Assembly (NCBI GenBank): GCA_965261395.1
Contig: OZ253462.1
Location: forward strand, 2,336,001-2,400,000
From: Candidatus Latescibacterota bacterium
GTDB lineage: Bacteria > Latescibacterota > UBA2968 > UBA8231
Direction of reading: 5' to 3'
DNA length: 64,000 nt
Each line of letters starts with the position of its first letter. The stretch's first letter is position 1. The notes under the pieces are model-generated. The model saw only the letters and a program-made list of their open reading frames with translations. It was not told the origin of the DNA and searched no databases. The translations under genes were made by a program, and so were the position numbers. Positions 54,487 to 64,000 of this stretch are shown piece after piece.

Positions 54487-56424
54487 TCAATAAACCAGCG
54501 AAACCACTCGTTCCTCAGATTCCACCCCCCCGTCGCTGTCCACTTCTAGGCGCAGGATATAGAGGCCCGGCGGCACCAAGTTAGCCTGGGCGTCGCGACC
54601 GTCCCAGGTCACTTCAAAACTGCCGCTAGCTGCGGTGCCGCGGTATATCTCGCCGATGCGCCGTCCCGAAAGATCATACAGATCAATAGCCACCGGTACG
54701 GCACCCAGATTGAGCAATTCGTACTGAATTCGCAGCAGATCGTTGGCACCGTCCCCATTCGGGGTAAATGCCCGCGTGGGCAGGCGTAGGACGTTGACCG
54801 CCTTTTTGTCGATATCTATCAGACTAACACTTAAAGTGTTGCTGTCGGCCAGTTGATCGGCATCTCCTGCGGTTACCTCTTGATGCACTTCGTGGGGTTG
54901 CTCGCTATCGAAAATCCGTGCCGCGAACACGGTGCCGAACTGGAAGACTGCGGCCTGGAAATCCACTTCCAGCAATTCGTTGGTGCGCTGCAGGTTCATG
55001 CGAGGAATTCGCAATTCGAATTCGTCTTCTTCCACTCGAACCTCGGTGAAATCCACCGGCACCCCTTCTAGCCGGACTTGGTCGATGCTGGCCACCCGCG
55101 CTGGCGTCTCGATCTCAATGCTGTCGAAACCTAGATCAGTGCCGGTCAATCGCGGCAGGATCTTATAGGTAAACTGCGTCACCGCGCCCGCCGCTACCTG
55201 CACCGGGACGATCTCAGCCAGCGCTTGGGACGCCACCGGCGGATCGGATACTTCAAATTGCAGGTAATGCAGCCACCCGCCCGCTTCCGCAGTAGAAGAG
55301 AAATGGACGGCGAATTGGATGAATTGCCGCGGCTTGTTGCCAGCGAGGGCACCGTTGCCGAGGGACAGATCGTACGGAGGGCTCCAAGCTTGCCAGTTTT
55401 CGGTGTCCGGCGTGATTCCGGCTCGCTCCCCCTTGTCCATTTTGTTGTATGTGGACAACACCAAGGCTTTGCCATCGCTATAGCGCGTAGTCTCGTCGCC
55501 GCGAAAGGTTTTGCGCCAGTACGTGTTGGGATCGGAATCGTCGCCGCTGCGCATAATCAGATTAATCGACGCGCCTTCGTCTTTTTCTACTGACCAGTTG
55601 AGTCGGCCCAAGCTGACCGCCTGTCCTAGGTCGATCACATTGGAGACATAGGTGGACTGCGGCGCAAAACCGGAACCGTAAATTTCAAATTCGGCAATTT
55701 CCCAAGCGCCGCGGATATTGGCCGGCGCTTCGAACAGGATGTTGCGGACGGGCCGATCGGGCATTTCGATGATGATATCGGAGCGGGTGTTTTCGGTGGC
55801 GTTGAGGACGATTTCAAAATCTCTCTGGCCGCCAGGCGGTCGCCTGGCCCACCTCTCGCCCACTAGGTATTCCCGGGTCCCGTCCTTGAGTGGGTCGCCG
55901 TCGTTGATGCCGACTATAAAGGTCTCGATAAAGCGATCTACAAGGTGCTTTTCGCGGGGATAGAAGCGAACCCGGTCGATGTTGAATAGCCCGCCCAGAT
56001 CGAATACCAGCACTTTGTTCTCTATCGCGCCATAGTCTCCACCCCAATCGCCGTCGCCCAGAAAATGGGTGGTGGGATCGCCGTCGAACATTGGCGCATC
56101 GCGGGCGGGAAAATCGGCCCAGCCCACGATCGAACGCAGCGTTTCGATCTTCCCGCCTCGTTCATCCAGCAACGGTGTCAGGTTGACCGTGGGGGCTAGC
56201 TGCTGCGGCGCAAGGGCCGTGCCGATCTCTGTCAGCAGGGTGCTGCCGTGCTGCTTGGCATCGATATCAGCCCATTCTAGCTGGACGAAATTGAAAGGCG
56301 CGTCTCGCTCGGGCGGCGGCAGATCGGAGCCGCCGATGCGGTAGAGGGTCAGCGCTTGGCTCACGTCGGTCAGCATGGCGCAAAATACCAAGGTTACGAG
56401 CGGCAATACCAGACATCGGCTCAT
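54487..56424 (-). CDS. Secreted discoidin-like protein with C-terminal FlgD-Ig domain (type A)
   Basis: Likely ATG 56424, signal peptide ending SQA. WEIAEFEIYG, SNVIDLG, ENWQAWSPPY, FTPNGDGAND, WDGRD; ends LVY. Confidence 0.8.
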   Translation of the reverse strand: MSRCLVLPLVTLVFCAMLTDVSQALTLYRIGGSDLPPPERDAPFNFVQLEWADIDAKQHGSTLLTEIGTALAPQQLAPTVNLTPLLDERGGKIETLRSIVGWADFPARDAPMFDGDPTTHFLGDGDWGGDYGAIENKVLVFDLGGLFNIDRVRFYPREKHLVDRFIETFIVGINDGDPLKDGTREYLVGERWARRPPGGQRDFEIVLNATENTRSDIIIEMPDRPVRNILFEAPANIRGAWEIAEFEIYGSGFAPQSTYVSNVIDLGQAVSLGRLNWSVEKDEGASINLIMRSGDDSDPNTYWRKTFRGDETTRYSDGKALVLSTYNKMDKGERAGITPDTENWQAWSPPYDLSLGNGALAGNKPRQFIQFAVHFSSTAEAGGWLHYLQFEVSDPPVASQALAEIVPVQVAAGAVTQFTYKILPRLTGTDLGFDSIEIETPARVASIDQVRLEGVPVDFTEVRVEEDEFELRIPRMNLQRTNELLEVDFQAAVFQFGTVFAARIFDSEQPHEVHQEVTAGDADQLADSNTLSVSLIDIDKKAVNVLRLPTRAFTPNGDGANDLLRIQYELLNLGAVPVAIDLYDLSGRRIGEIYRGTAASGSFEVTWDGRDAQANLVPPGLYILRLEVDSDGGVESEERVVSLVY

Positions 56425-56572
56425 CTGAACGACCCTCTTCGGGCGGAGTGATCTTTGATAGGCTACTTGGCTACTTAAGGGATATATAGAAAAAGGGGGG
56501 GAAGAGCAACTGCGAACCGCATGTCCGCACGTCGAGTGCGGGCGACTGCCACGCAGCTTGATTGAGGTACCA

Positions 56573-57883
56573 TTAGCTGCCTTGCCCCACGGGCAAGATA
56601 CCATACTGACGCAGCGTATCCTCCAAGGTCGGCCGACGGAGGCGAATGCGATCGTCGCTCAACAAATAAGAAAATACATATCCAAGCCCAAGCATCAGAA
56701 TCCCAATCAGGAAGCAATAGATGAACGCCCGGTCGGGATATTGATCCTTGAGGTACCCCACGTACAGCGGCCCGCAAATCCCCGCTGCCGCCCAAGCCGT
56801 CAAAATGGTCCCGTAGATCGTCGACATCTTTTGCGGGCCAAAAACATCGAGTACGAAAGAGGGCATGGTGGCAAAGCCCCCGCCAAAGCATAAAAGGACA
56901 TAACAAACGAGCGCCGAAAAAACATAGGGATTGCGTTCGGTCATTAGGATGCCAAAGACGACCATCTGACTGGCGAGCAGAATTCTGAAGACCCTGACGC
57001 GGCCCAGGCGATCCGAAAGCAACCCCCAAAACAGCCGGCCTACGCCATTGCACAGCGAACTGACGGCGATCAGCGTCGCCCCATATTCGGCCAGCGTCGC
57101 TGGCTCCACCGACGGATCGGCCAGCCCCCAAACTTCCTGTAGCAGTTCCGACTGAAAGCTGATGATGGAGATGCCGGCGGCGATGTTGCAAAAGAAGACG
57201 ATCCACATGAGAACGAATTCGGAGGACCGCAGATAAGGCGCAACCGAGTCAGACTCGTCGTTGCGCGGCTGTTCGGCAACCGCTCCAACGGCGACCGGGG
57301 GATTGCTCAACACCAAGCTGCAGGGGATCAGTACACAGGCGAATATCACCCCGAGCCCCAAGAAGACAAGCGACAGATCGCCTTCCATGTGCACTATGAG
57401 CAGGGGTGCCAAGCCCTTGCTCAACAGCAGTGCGCCCACCCCAAACCCCATCACGACGATCCCGGTTGCCAACCCCTTTTTGTCCGGGAACCACTTGGCC
57501 ACCGTCGCCACGGGCGTGACGTAGCCCATCCCGATGCCCGCCCCCCCGATGACGCCGTACCCCACGTAGAACAGCGCGAGCATGTCCCACTTCAGCGCCA
57601 GACTCGCCAGCATATAGCCGCCTGCAAACATGACGCTGCCGGTCACGGCCAAGCGTCGCGGTCCGACCCTCGGCAGCAGCGCGCCGGCCCAAGCCGCCGA
57701 GGTGCCCAGCGAAAGGATCGTCAGGCTGAAAGCCCAAGCCGTTTCCGTGAACGACCAACCCAATTGCCGCACTAAGATCGTTTGGAAGAAACTCCACGCA
57801 TACACCGTCCCAAAGCAGACCTGCAGGACCGTGCAGAACAGCGCCATGATCGAGCGCGGAATCAGTAGCCTTTGTTGCGCCAT
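56573..57883 (-). CDS. OFA-family (oxalate/formate antiporter-like) MFS transporter
   Basis: GTVYAWS, GPRR, G.GMGY.TPV....KWFPDKKGLATG..VMGFG.G, NG.GR.FWG.LSDRLGR. Likely ATG 57883. Confidence 0.9.
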   Translation of the reverse strand: MAQQRLLIPRSIMALFCTVLQVCFGTVYAWSFFQTILVRQLGWSFTETAWAFSLTILSLGTSAAWAGALLPRVGPRRLAVTGSVMFAGGYMLASLALKWDMLALFYVGYGVIGGAGIGMGYVTPVATVAKWFPDKKGLATGIVVMGFGVGALLLSKGLAPLLIVHMEGDLSLVFLGLGVIFACVLIPCSLVLSNPPVAVGAVAEQPRNDESDSVAPYLRSSEFVLMWIVFFCNIAAGISIISFQSELLQEVWGLADPSVEPATLAEYGATLIAVSSLCNGVGRLFWGLLSDRLGRVRVFRILLASQMVVFGILMTERNPYVFSALVCYVLLCFGGGFATMPSFVLDVFGPQKMSTIYGTILTAWAAAGICGPLYVGYLKDQYPDRAFIYCFLIGILMLGLGYVFSYLLSDDRIRLRRPTLEDTLRQYGILPVGQGS

Positions 57884-57943
57884 TTTCCTAGACCTCAATC
57901 GCCAAGCACTCGCATCGAGCGACCTCACTCCACCGCTGCGCTA

Positions 57944-57963
57944 ATCTGCGTTCATCTGCGGAT
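57944..57963. repeat. Short REP-like intergenic motif
   Basis: ATCTGCG-TTC-ATCTGCG direct repeat. Only one copy was noticed in this window. Confidence 0.35.
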
Positions 57964-57986
57964 ACACTACCGCCGGGGAGTCGAAT

Positions 57987-58716
57987 CTATTCCACGTTTT
58001 CAGGCGAGCGCTGGCCTCTGTCGGCAACATAGAGGAAGAGTCGAGCTAAGTGTCCAACTTCGTCGTCGCGCGCCAACAGGTTGTCGTCGTCGGGTTTCTT
58101 ATCGTTCCCATCGCTCGCCATGCCCACGGCATAGCCCAAAAGTGCGCCCAGCGGCTTGGCCGCCAGATTGACCAACCAAACGGCGGCAAAGACGACGACG
58201 ACGAGGATGATAGAAAAAAGGTACACCTGCTGGCCGATTGCGCGTTGAATTTTTAGCGCAATCAGACCGGTGTCCATGCCCACGTGAACCGTCCCGGCAA
58301 CGCCAGCGAGAATCGGACTGCCTACTTCGACGAAATCGCCCATTCCAGGCAGGCTGCGCTCCACCGTGTCCATATTAAACGGATCGCTGGCGCGAATTTC
58401 TGCGGGAATGCCCGGCACAAAAGGTGTGGGCGAGAAACTCGCCGGCCTCGTTGGTGATGTAGATATACTTGATGCCCTGAATCTCGACGAACTGATCGAT
58501 GAGCGATTGCAAGGCCGACAAGTCGCGATTCAGGAGAATGTCCACGCTGGAATCGGCGATGGTCTTGGCAATGTCGCGGCTATTGCTCTCGTATTCGGCC
58601 GACAGGTGCGTATCGACTGTATAGACGCACAGAATGGAGGTCGAGAGGCCGATCAAGCCAAACAGCGCAAAGACGCCGAATAGCGTTTTCTTAAATAGCT
58701 TTTGAATTTTTATCAT
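57987..58716 (-). pseudogene. Two-TM periplasmic sensor/HAMP-like protein with a +1 frameshift
   Basis: ORFs 58375-58716 and 57987-58418 join as FLAHTF-VPGIPAEI if one A of the run 58419-58422 is removed, giving about 242 aa. The tail DDEVGHLARLF is HAMP-like. Confidence 0.75.
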
Positions 58717-60005
58717 CAGGCAAACCTAGCGCGCCAATCGTCCAGTGGGACAAAGCGGCCTTCATCGACCACCGTGTAGTACACTCGCTGGAGACCCTGG
58801 CGGCGGTCGGGACCAAAGGAGACCTGTTCGCCAATACCCAGATCGAAATCTGCGACGGAGAACACCGCATCTTCGAGTTGGTTGCGCTGCGGCTCGGCCC
58901 CGAGGCGGTGCAAAATTTCAACCATCAACTTGGCGTTGAGAAAGCCTTCGAGACTGACGAAGCTGTAGTCAAAGGGTGTGTAGGAGTCTTACAACAGGTC
59001 CGCGGGCGGCTGCGGGGCATAGCGGTTCATCAAGTTGCGGTACTCTTGCACCGCGGGTATGGATGTGTCTTCGTAACTGGGCACCACTTGGGAGTTTACC
59101 AGCCATTGCGTATAGCGCTGGCTGTCGTCGCGCCCCTCGGTGAGCAGCTTGAGGAGATTTTCGCTGCCGACAAACGACAGGTTGGCAAAGGGCACCTGTA
59201 GGCCGAGATCGACGGCATCGCGAGCAAAGGCCGCGCAGGCCGCATAGGCCCCGATGCAGATTACCACTTCGGGCTTGGCAGCCTTGAGGATCTCGACCTG
59301 CTTGCGCATCGTGCCGGTGAACCGTTCGCCGCGCCGGTAGGTGGCCTCGCCGACGATTTGTTCGCCGTGTTTTTTTAGGGCACTTCTCACGCCGGCCCAG
59401 CCGCTGCGACCGTACGCATCGGCCTGATAGAACACGGCAATGCGCCGGCGGTTAATGCGCATGAAATTATCGACTAAGCCAGCCGTTTCCTGGCGATAGG
59501 AGGCTCGCAGATTAAAGGCGAAGGCACCATACGGCGGTTCGCGCTGGGGTTGCGCGCCGGTGAAGGGGAAGAACAGCAGGATGTTCTGGTCTTGGAATTT
59601 CTTGAGGATAGGCAACACGCGCGTCACCGTTGGCGTGCCAACGTAGCCGAACAGCAAAAACACCTGATCGTCGAGCATCAGCTTCATGGTGTTTTTGACT
59701 GAAGGGCCGGGTTGGTAGCCATCGTCATAGGCTTTGACCCGCAAGGTGCGGCTAGCCACGCCCCCCTGCTGATTTACGTGGGTAAAATACGCGCCAGCAC
59801 CTCGATAGAGTTCGATGCCCAACCCCCGGGAGGAGCCGGAGAAAGCGGCGGACATGCCGAGGATTATCTCGGTGTCGGTTACGCCAGATGCTGTCGGCGG
59901 CTCAACGGGGCGAGCGGCAAAGGCCCGCAGCGCGTGCCACCAGGGGGCGACCAAGCAACCGGTAAGGCCGGCACGGAGCAGCGAGCGCCGCGTCATTGAT
60001 CGCAT
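58716..60005 (-). pseudogene. Tat-exported PBP1/LivK-like substrate-binding protein with a premature stop
   Basis: TRRSLL Tat motif, YDDGYQP, GYVGTPT, FNLRASY. An in-frame TAA at 58989-58991 is followed by DSYTPFDYSFVSLEGFLNAKLMVE.. up to TGA 58716. Confidence 0.85.
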
Positions 60006-60178
60006 ACAGTTACCGCTAGCTTCTTTCTGCTGGGGAGGGCCAGCATGTGGTCGGAATGTAAGGCAAATAAAGGGATTTTGTTGGTCGTGGGTCAAGCTAT
60101 TTAGGGGTGGACTTGCGGCGGCTTTTGGCAGTTTTTTGGGGACTAATCCTACCACCCGCCACAACCACAGGAGCCTCT

Positions 60179-62185
60179 ATGCAAACTCTCACTTCCCGCG
60201 CTCCCACCTTACCGCCGGCCCCGCGTCCTCGCGTTGCCTACTACGACTTGGGCATCCCCTTTGTCGGTGCTGTGTGGAACGGCTTCTCCATCACCTACGA
60301 CCCCGCCAATGGGCACACCCTGGCCTGGGGGGCCGAATTCTCTCAGGACGGGGCCCATTACTTTTGCAACGACCTCGACACCGGCCGCTTGGAAGTCTTT
60401 CCCATGCCCTGCCGCGAGCACGGCCCGGTCTTCCAGGCCCGAGACGGCACCATTTACGCCCGGATCATGTCCGGTCTGTCGGCCGACCACGGCCACCATC
60501 TCATGGTCTTTGACGCCCAGGCTCGCACCTTCAGCAGTCTGGGGCGTCCCGCCCCCGGCGATCAGCGCCTTCTGTGCATGGAGGAGCGCGATGGCCTGTT
60601 GTACATGGGCGGCCACGAACTGGCCGAACTGTTTTGCTACGACCCGCAAAAGCGGTGCTTTGACAAACTCTGCCGTCCGTTTGCTCCTCCCACCGATCGC
60701 CTAGTGCGCATCCAATTGCTGCCCGACGGCCGGCTGCTACTCAGCGGCTACCCGGCCGTCCCGGCCAAAATCTACGATGTGGAAAGCGGTCAATTGAGCG
60801 ATGTGCCGCCCGCAGCCGAGGGGATTGCCGGCGCTATATCCGAAGGGGATCGCCTGTTTTTGGCGGCTGGCGATCAAGTGCGCGTACTCAACGCCGATTT
60901 TACTGAAGTGGCCCGCCTCGACAGCCCCGTTGCTGGCGCGGCGCTCGCGCCTTTAGCCTTGGGCCGCAACAGTCGCGCCAGTGATCGCGGGGTGGTGTAC
61001 GCTTGGGCTGGGGAGCAATTGGTGGCCATTGACGCCCATACCTTGGACATCCGCTCCATTTGCCAAGGTCCTTTCGCCGGCATAGCGGGGCTGAGCAAAG
61101 ACGGCCATTTGGTCTTCGCCCAAGTAGAGGAGGGCCGCGCCACTATGGTAGATCCTGATACCGGCGACAGGGAAGAGCGCAGTTTTGAAGTTTATCAAGG
61201 TAGCCGTGGCAGCGCGGTCTGCGCCCTAGGTAGAGGGCCGGAGGGCAAAATCTACGGCACCAATATTTACGGTATGCACCTGTGCGCCATAGATCCCGCT
61301 ACCGATGCCATAGAGGATTTGGGTTACACTTGGTCCGGCGGCGAACTGTACCACGTCCACACCCACCAAGACAAGCTCTATGTCGGCAGCTACGGCGGCT
61401 CCAACATAGGGGTGTACGACCCGAGTTTGCCGTGGAACCCCGGCTCTGAGCACGACAGCAATCCGCGCAACTGGGGCCAGTTGGGCCAGAACCAGAACCG
61501 ACCTTTTGAAGCGGTGACCGGACCCGACGGCCGCATTTATGTGGCCAACCGCAGCAATTACGGTATTCTAGGCGGCTCCCTGGCCTCGTACGATCCCGCA
61601 ACCGGCCTCGATGATAGGGAGATCTACCTCGACCCCGAACAAAGCGTGCAATGCGTGGCCGCAGACCAGCGCTATGTGTACGGGGGCACCAGCATTTACG
61701 GGGGCCGCGGCGCGGAAATCACCACCCGCGACGGCCTGTTATTCGTCTTTGACCCCCAGACTAAACAGCGCGTTTGCCAACTGCGTCCGGTGGAAGGGGC
61801 CAACACGGTCACCAGCTTGGCCGTCCACCCCTCGGGGCTGGTTTTTGGCACCACGGACAACCGCCGCTTGTTCGTCTTTGACCCGGAGCGATTGGTCGTA
61901 GAAGAAGTGATGGGACCTCTGCGCTCGGAGGGTACTCGATTGATGGGTGTGCCCGAAGGGGTGGAGATGTTCCCGCTAATCTGCGCTTCCGACGGCTTTA
62001 TCTACGGCCTGACGCGCTTTGACCTGTTCCGCATCGACGGCTCATCCGGCGTCCTCACCTATCTCAATGATCCGCCCCTGCCCGAACTCTACGCCCTGAC
62101 CGAAGGGGATCCCGGCGTGCTCTACATGAGCGCCGGCACCCACGTCATCAAGTGCCTGCTGAGGCCGCCGCCCTTTTACCGCTGA
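60179..62185 (+). CDS. Double beta-propeller (PQQ/WD40-like) protein of unknown function
   Basis: ATG 60179 after AGGAG. Repeated blades DGxIY/GKIYG and xYDP/FDP. No signal peptide. Confidence 0.72.
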   Translation: MQTLTSRAPTLPPAPRPRVAYYDLGIPFVGAVWNGFSITYDPANGHTLAWGAEFSQDGAHYFCNDLDTGRLEVFPMPCREHGPVFQARDGTIYARIMSGLSADHGHHLMVFDAQARTFSSLGRPAPGDQRLLCMEERDGLLYMGGHELAELFCYDPQKRCFDKLCRPFAPPTDRLVRIQLLPDGRLLLSGYPAVPAKIYDVESGQLSDVPPAAEGIAGAISEGDRLFLAAGDQVRVLNADFTEVARLDSPVAGAALAPLALGRNSRASDRGVVYAWAGEQLVAIDAHTLDIRSICQGPFAGIAGLSKDGHLVFAQVEEGRATMVDPDTGDREERSFEVYQGSRGSAVCALGRGPEGKIYGTNIYGMHLCAIDPATDAIEDLGYTWSGGELYHVHTHQDKLYVGSYGGSNIGVYDPSLPWNPGSEHDSNPRNWGQLGQNQNRPFEAVTGPDGRIYVANRSNYGILGGSLASYDPATGLDDREIYLDPEQSVQCVAADQRYVYGGTSIYGGRGAEITTRDGLLFVFDPQTKQRVCQLRPVEGANTVTSLAVHPSGLVFGTTDNRRLFVFDPERLVVEEVMGPLRSEGTRLMGVPEGVEMFPLICASDGFIYGLTRFDLFRIDGSSGVLTYLNDPPLPELYALTEGDPGVLYMSAGTHVIKCLLRPPPFYR

Positions 62186-62208
62186 GATTGTTTGGGGAAA
62201 CGGGTTCG

Positions 62209-63000
62209 TTATGCGAGGGCTTCCCGCACCACTTGTCCGGCCCAATCCCGCGCCGGTGCCACTTTTAGCAAAGCGGCAATAGTCGTCGGGTTGTCGATGA
62301 TACTCACCGGCTCCTGCAAGCGCCGCCCGGAGGACACCGCAGGACCGGCGATCACCCACGGAATGGTCATGTCCTCGTCCATTTCCGTGCCGTGGGTGTG
62401 CTCGTGTCCCCCGTGGTCGCTAGTGACGATGACCACGGTCTCTTCTTGGTTGACCGCCTCCAACACCGCGCCAATGGCTGCATCGGCCCGCCCAATAGCG
62501 GTTAGATATTCGGCCGACATCCAGCCGTGGTTGTGACCGGCTATATCGGTACAGCCTAGATAGACAAAGGCGAAATCGGGCGTCCATTCCCGCAGCGTCG
62601 CCGCGGCCAAGCTGGCCAATTCCCAATCGCCGTCCGGCTCGTGGCAATTGTTCAGATAGTACGAGCGGTCCAGCGAGCCGGGGTCGGCCAGGTCGCGCAA
62701 TTGTTCCCAGTTATAGAAGAAGGCCGTGCGCTTGCCAGCTTGGTGCAGCACGTCGACTAGGCTGGGCACGGGTCTGACTTGGGGCACCCAGGTGTTGGTG
62801 GTAATGCCGTGCCGTTGTGGGGTCACGCCGCGAAACATGGAGGTGTGGCAGGGCAAGGTGGACGAAGGCATCACGGTGCGGGCTGTATAGGTGCTGGCAC
62901 CCTCGCTGATCAAGCGGTCTATGCAGGGGGTGGAGGCCTGTTGCAAACCGTCGGGCCGCAGCCCGTCGAGGACAAAGAGGATGACGCGTTGTGGGGACAT
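62209..63000 (-). CDS. Alkaline phosphatase superfamily (nucleotide pyrophosphatase/phosphodiesterase-like) protein
   Basis: LDGLRPD, PSSTLPCHTSM.RG..P..HG, D.AGH.HGW, VTSDHGG...HG. ATG 63000 after AAAGGA. Confidence 0.9.
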   Translation of the reverse strand: MSPQRVILFVLDGLRPDGLQQASTPCIDRLISEGASTYTARTVMPSSTLPCHTSMFRGVTPQRHGITTNTWVPQVRPVPSLVDVLHQAGKRTAFFYNWEQLRDLADPGSLDRSYYLNNCHEPDGDWELASLAAATLREWTPDFAFVYLGCTDIAGHNHGWMSAEYLTAIGRADAAIGAVLEAVNQEETVVIVTSDHGGHEHTHGTEMDEDMTIPWVIAGPAVSSGRRLQEPVSIIDNPTTIAALLKVAPARDWAGQVVREALA

Positions 63001-63031
63001 GGGATTCCTTTCTTTGGGGGCACTGATGCGA

Positions 63032-64000
63032 TCACGCGCTTGCGTACAGTTCCGCATCGTGCGGTTTCAGCGGATACCTCGGCACTACCCCTCGGTTGAC
63101 GATGTTTTCCGGCGCTGGCCAGTGGCCCTTGAGGACGGATGCCAGATTGCAGACGCCAGTGTGCGCCACGTCTTCGCCGGACTGTACCGAATGGGCGGAG
63201 ACGTGGGATGTCAGCAGGACGTTGTCCAGCTCCATGAGGGGATGCTGCGGGGTTTGATCCTCGTCCGTGAAAACGTTGAGCCACTCATAGGTGTCCAGCG
63301 CCGCGCCGGCTAGTGGTCCTTCTCGCAGGACCCGTGCCAGCGCATCTTCATCTACCAAGGCACCGCGCGAGGTGTTGATCAGGTAGGAGCCCGGCTTCAT
63401 CTTGCGCAGCAGCTCCTCGTCGAACATGTGGTAGGTGTCCGCGTTCAGGGGCACCTGTAAGGAGATGAAGTCGGACTCGGCCAGTAGTGTTTCCAGATCC
63501 ACCATCTCGACGTCCAAGTCCGCCGGTAGGGGTGCTTGCAGGTTTCTGCGCGTGGCCAAGACCCGAAGGCCAAAGGCCCTAGCGCGGCGGGCGACCATCT
63601 CACCAGTAGCTCCGAAACCGACGATGCCCAGCGCACAGGTGGAGAGCCGCTGCAACTGGGTGGACTCGGTGCGGGCTTGGCGGAAGCGGCCGGCGCGCAT
63701 GAACTGTTCCATCCTCGGCAGTTGGCGGGCTAGGGACAATAGCATGGCCATGATGTGATCGGTCATTTCCTCGGCGCAGAAGAAAGGGGCATTGGAGACG
63801 ACGATACCGTTTTCCGTGGCCGTTGCCACGGCGATTTTATCGGTGCCGTTGCCGAGGCGCGAAATCAGGCGACAGCGGTCCAGCGATGCGATCACGGCCG
63901 CGGGCAAGCCGGTCGAGACGACGGCGACTGCGTCGCAGCCAGCTAGCCGGCGAATGAGTTCCTGCGGATCTTCTTCTTCGACGTATTCAGGTTCGATGCC
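63032..64000 (-). CDS. D-2-hydroxyacid dehydrogenase (CtBP/SerA-like), 5' end outside the window
   Basis: The frame is open to the window edge. LGIVGFGATG, MKPGSYLINTSRG.LVD, GAALD.YE, LTSH.S. Confidence 0.92.
   Translation of the reverse strand, partial: GIEPEYVEEEDPQELIRRLAGCDAVAVVSTGLPAAVIASLDRCRLISRLGNGTDKIAVATATENGIVVSNAPFFCAEEMTDHIMAMLLSLARQLPRMEQFMRAGRFRQARTESTQLQRLSTCALGIVGFGATGEMVARRARAFGLRVLATRRNLQAPLPADLDVEMVDLETLLAESDFISLQVPLNADTYHMFDEELLRKMKPGSYLINTSRGALVDEDALARVLREGPLAGAALDTYEWLNVFTDEDQTPQHPLMELDNVLLTSHVSAHSVQSGEDVAHTGVCNLASVLKGHWPAPENIVNRGVVPRYPLKPHDAELYASA

Noticed and set aside
58989-58991. Programmed readthrough or recoded stop in the binding protein
   Set aside because: The codon is TAA, not TGA or TAG, and TAA terminates other genes in the window. 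Mutation or sequencing error is simpler.

Overview
GC-rich bacterial DNA with no rRNA, tRNA or CRISPR array. The gene content (many secreted proteins ending in an FTPNGDG/FlgD-Ig-type domain, C-terminal TAV..[ST]W..[IL]K tails, ~650-aa DUF6785-like permeases, ASPIC/UnbV proteins) suggests an FCB-superphylum candidate lineage such as Ca. Latescibacterota; this is inference, not a placement. 1-6.6 kb: an IS200/IS605 tnpB element sitting directly against the glgP start codon, an intact PemK/MazF toxin whose antitoxin-like tail is fused to a truncated restriction-modification enzyme, and an IS5/IS903-type element joining two headless genes. 6.6-21 kb: catabolic genes, three orphan LivK-like binding proteins and a sigma54 activator with no N-terminal domain. 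19.7-45.1 kb is the main candidate for an undescribed system: a co-directional envelope operon (motif-tagged CBM9-like protein, two small lipoproteins, three CTD-bearing secreted proteins, an 866-aa acidic putative outer-membrane protein, a lipoprotein, a permease), with a divergent PPIase upstream and a second permease paralog and two CRTAC1/UnbV proteins downstream. A second pair of the CTD proteins lies at 51.8-56.4 kb. Also present: duplicated stand-alone Cache proteins with the same C-terminal tag, a PL10 lyase, two PhyH-like dioxygenases and a damaged binding protein / HAMP sensor / OFA-MFS operon. All family calls come from motifs recognised by eye; no searches were run.
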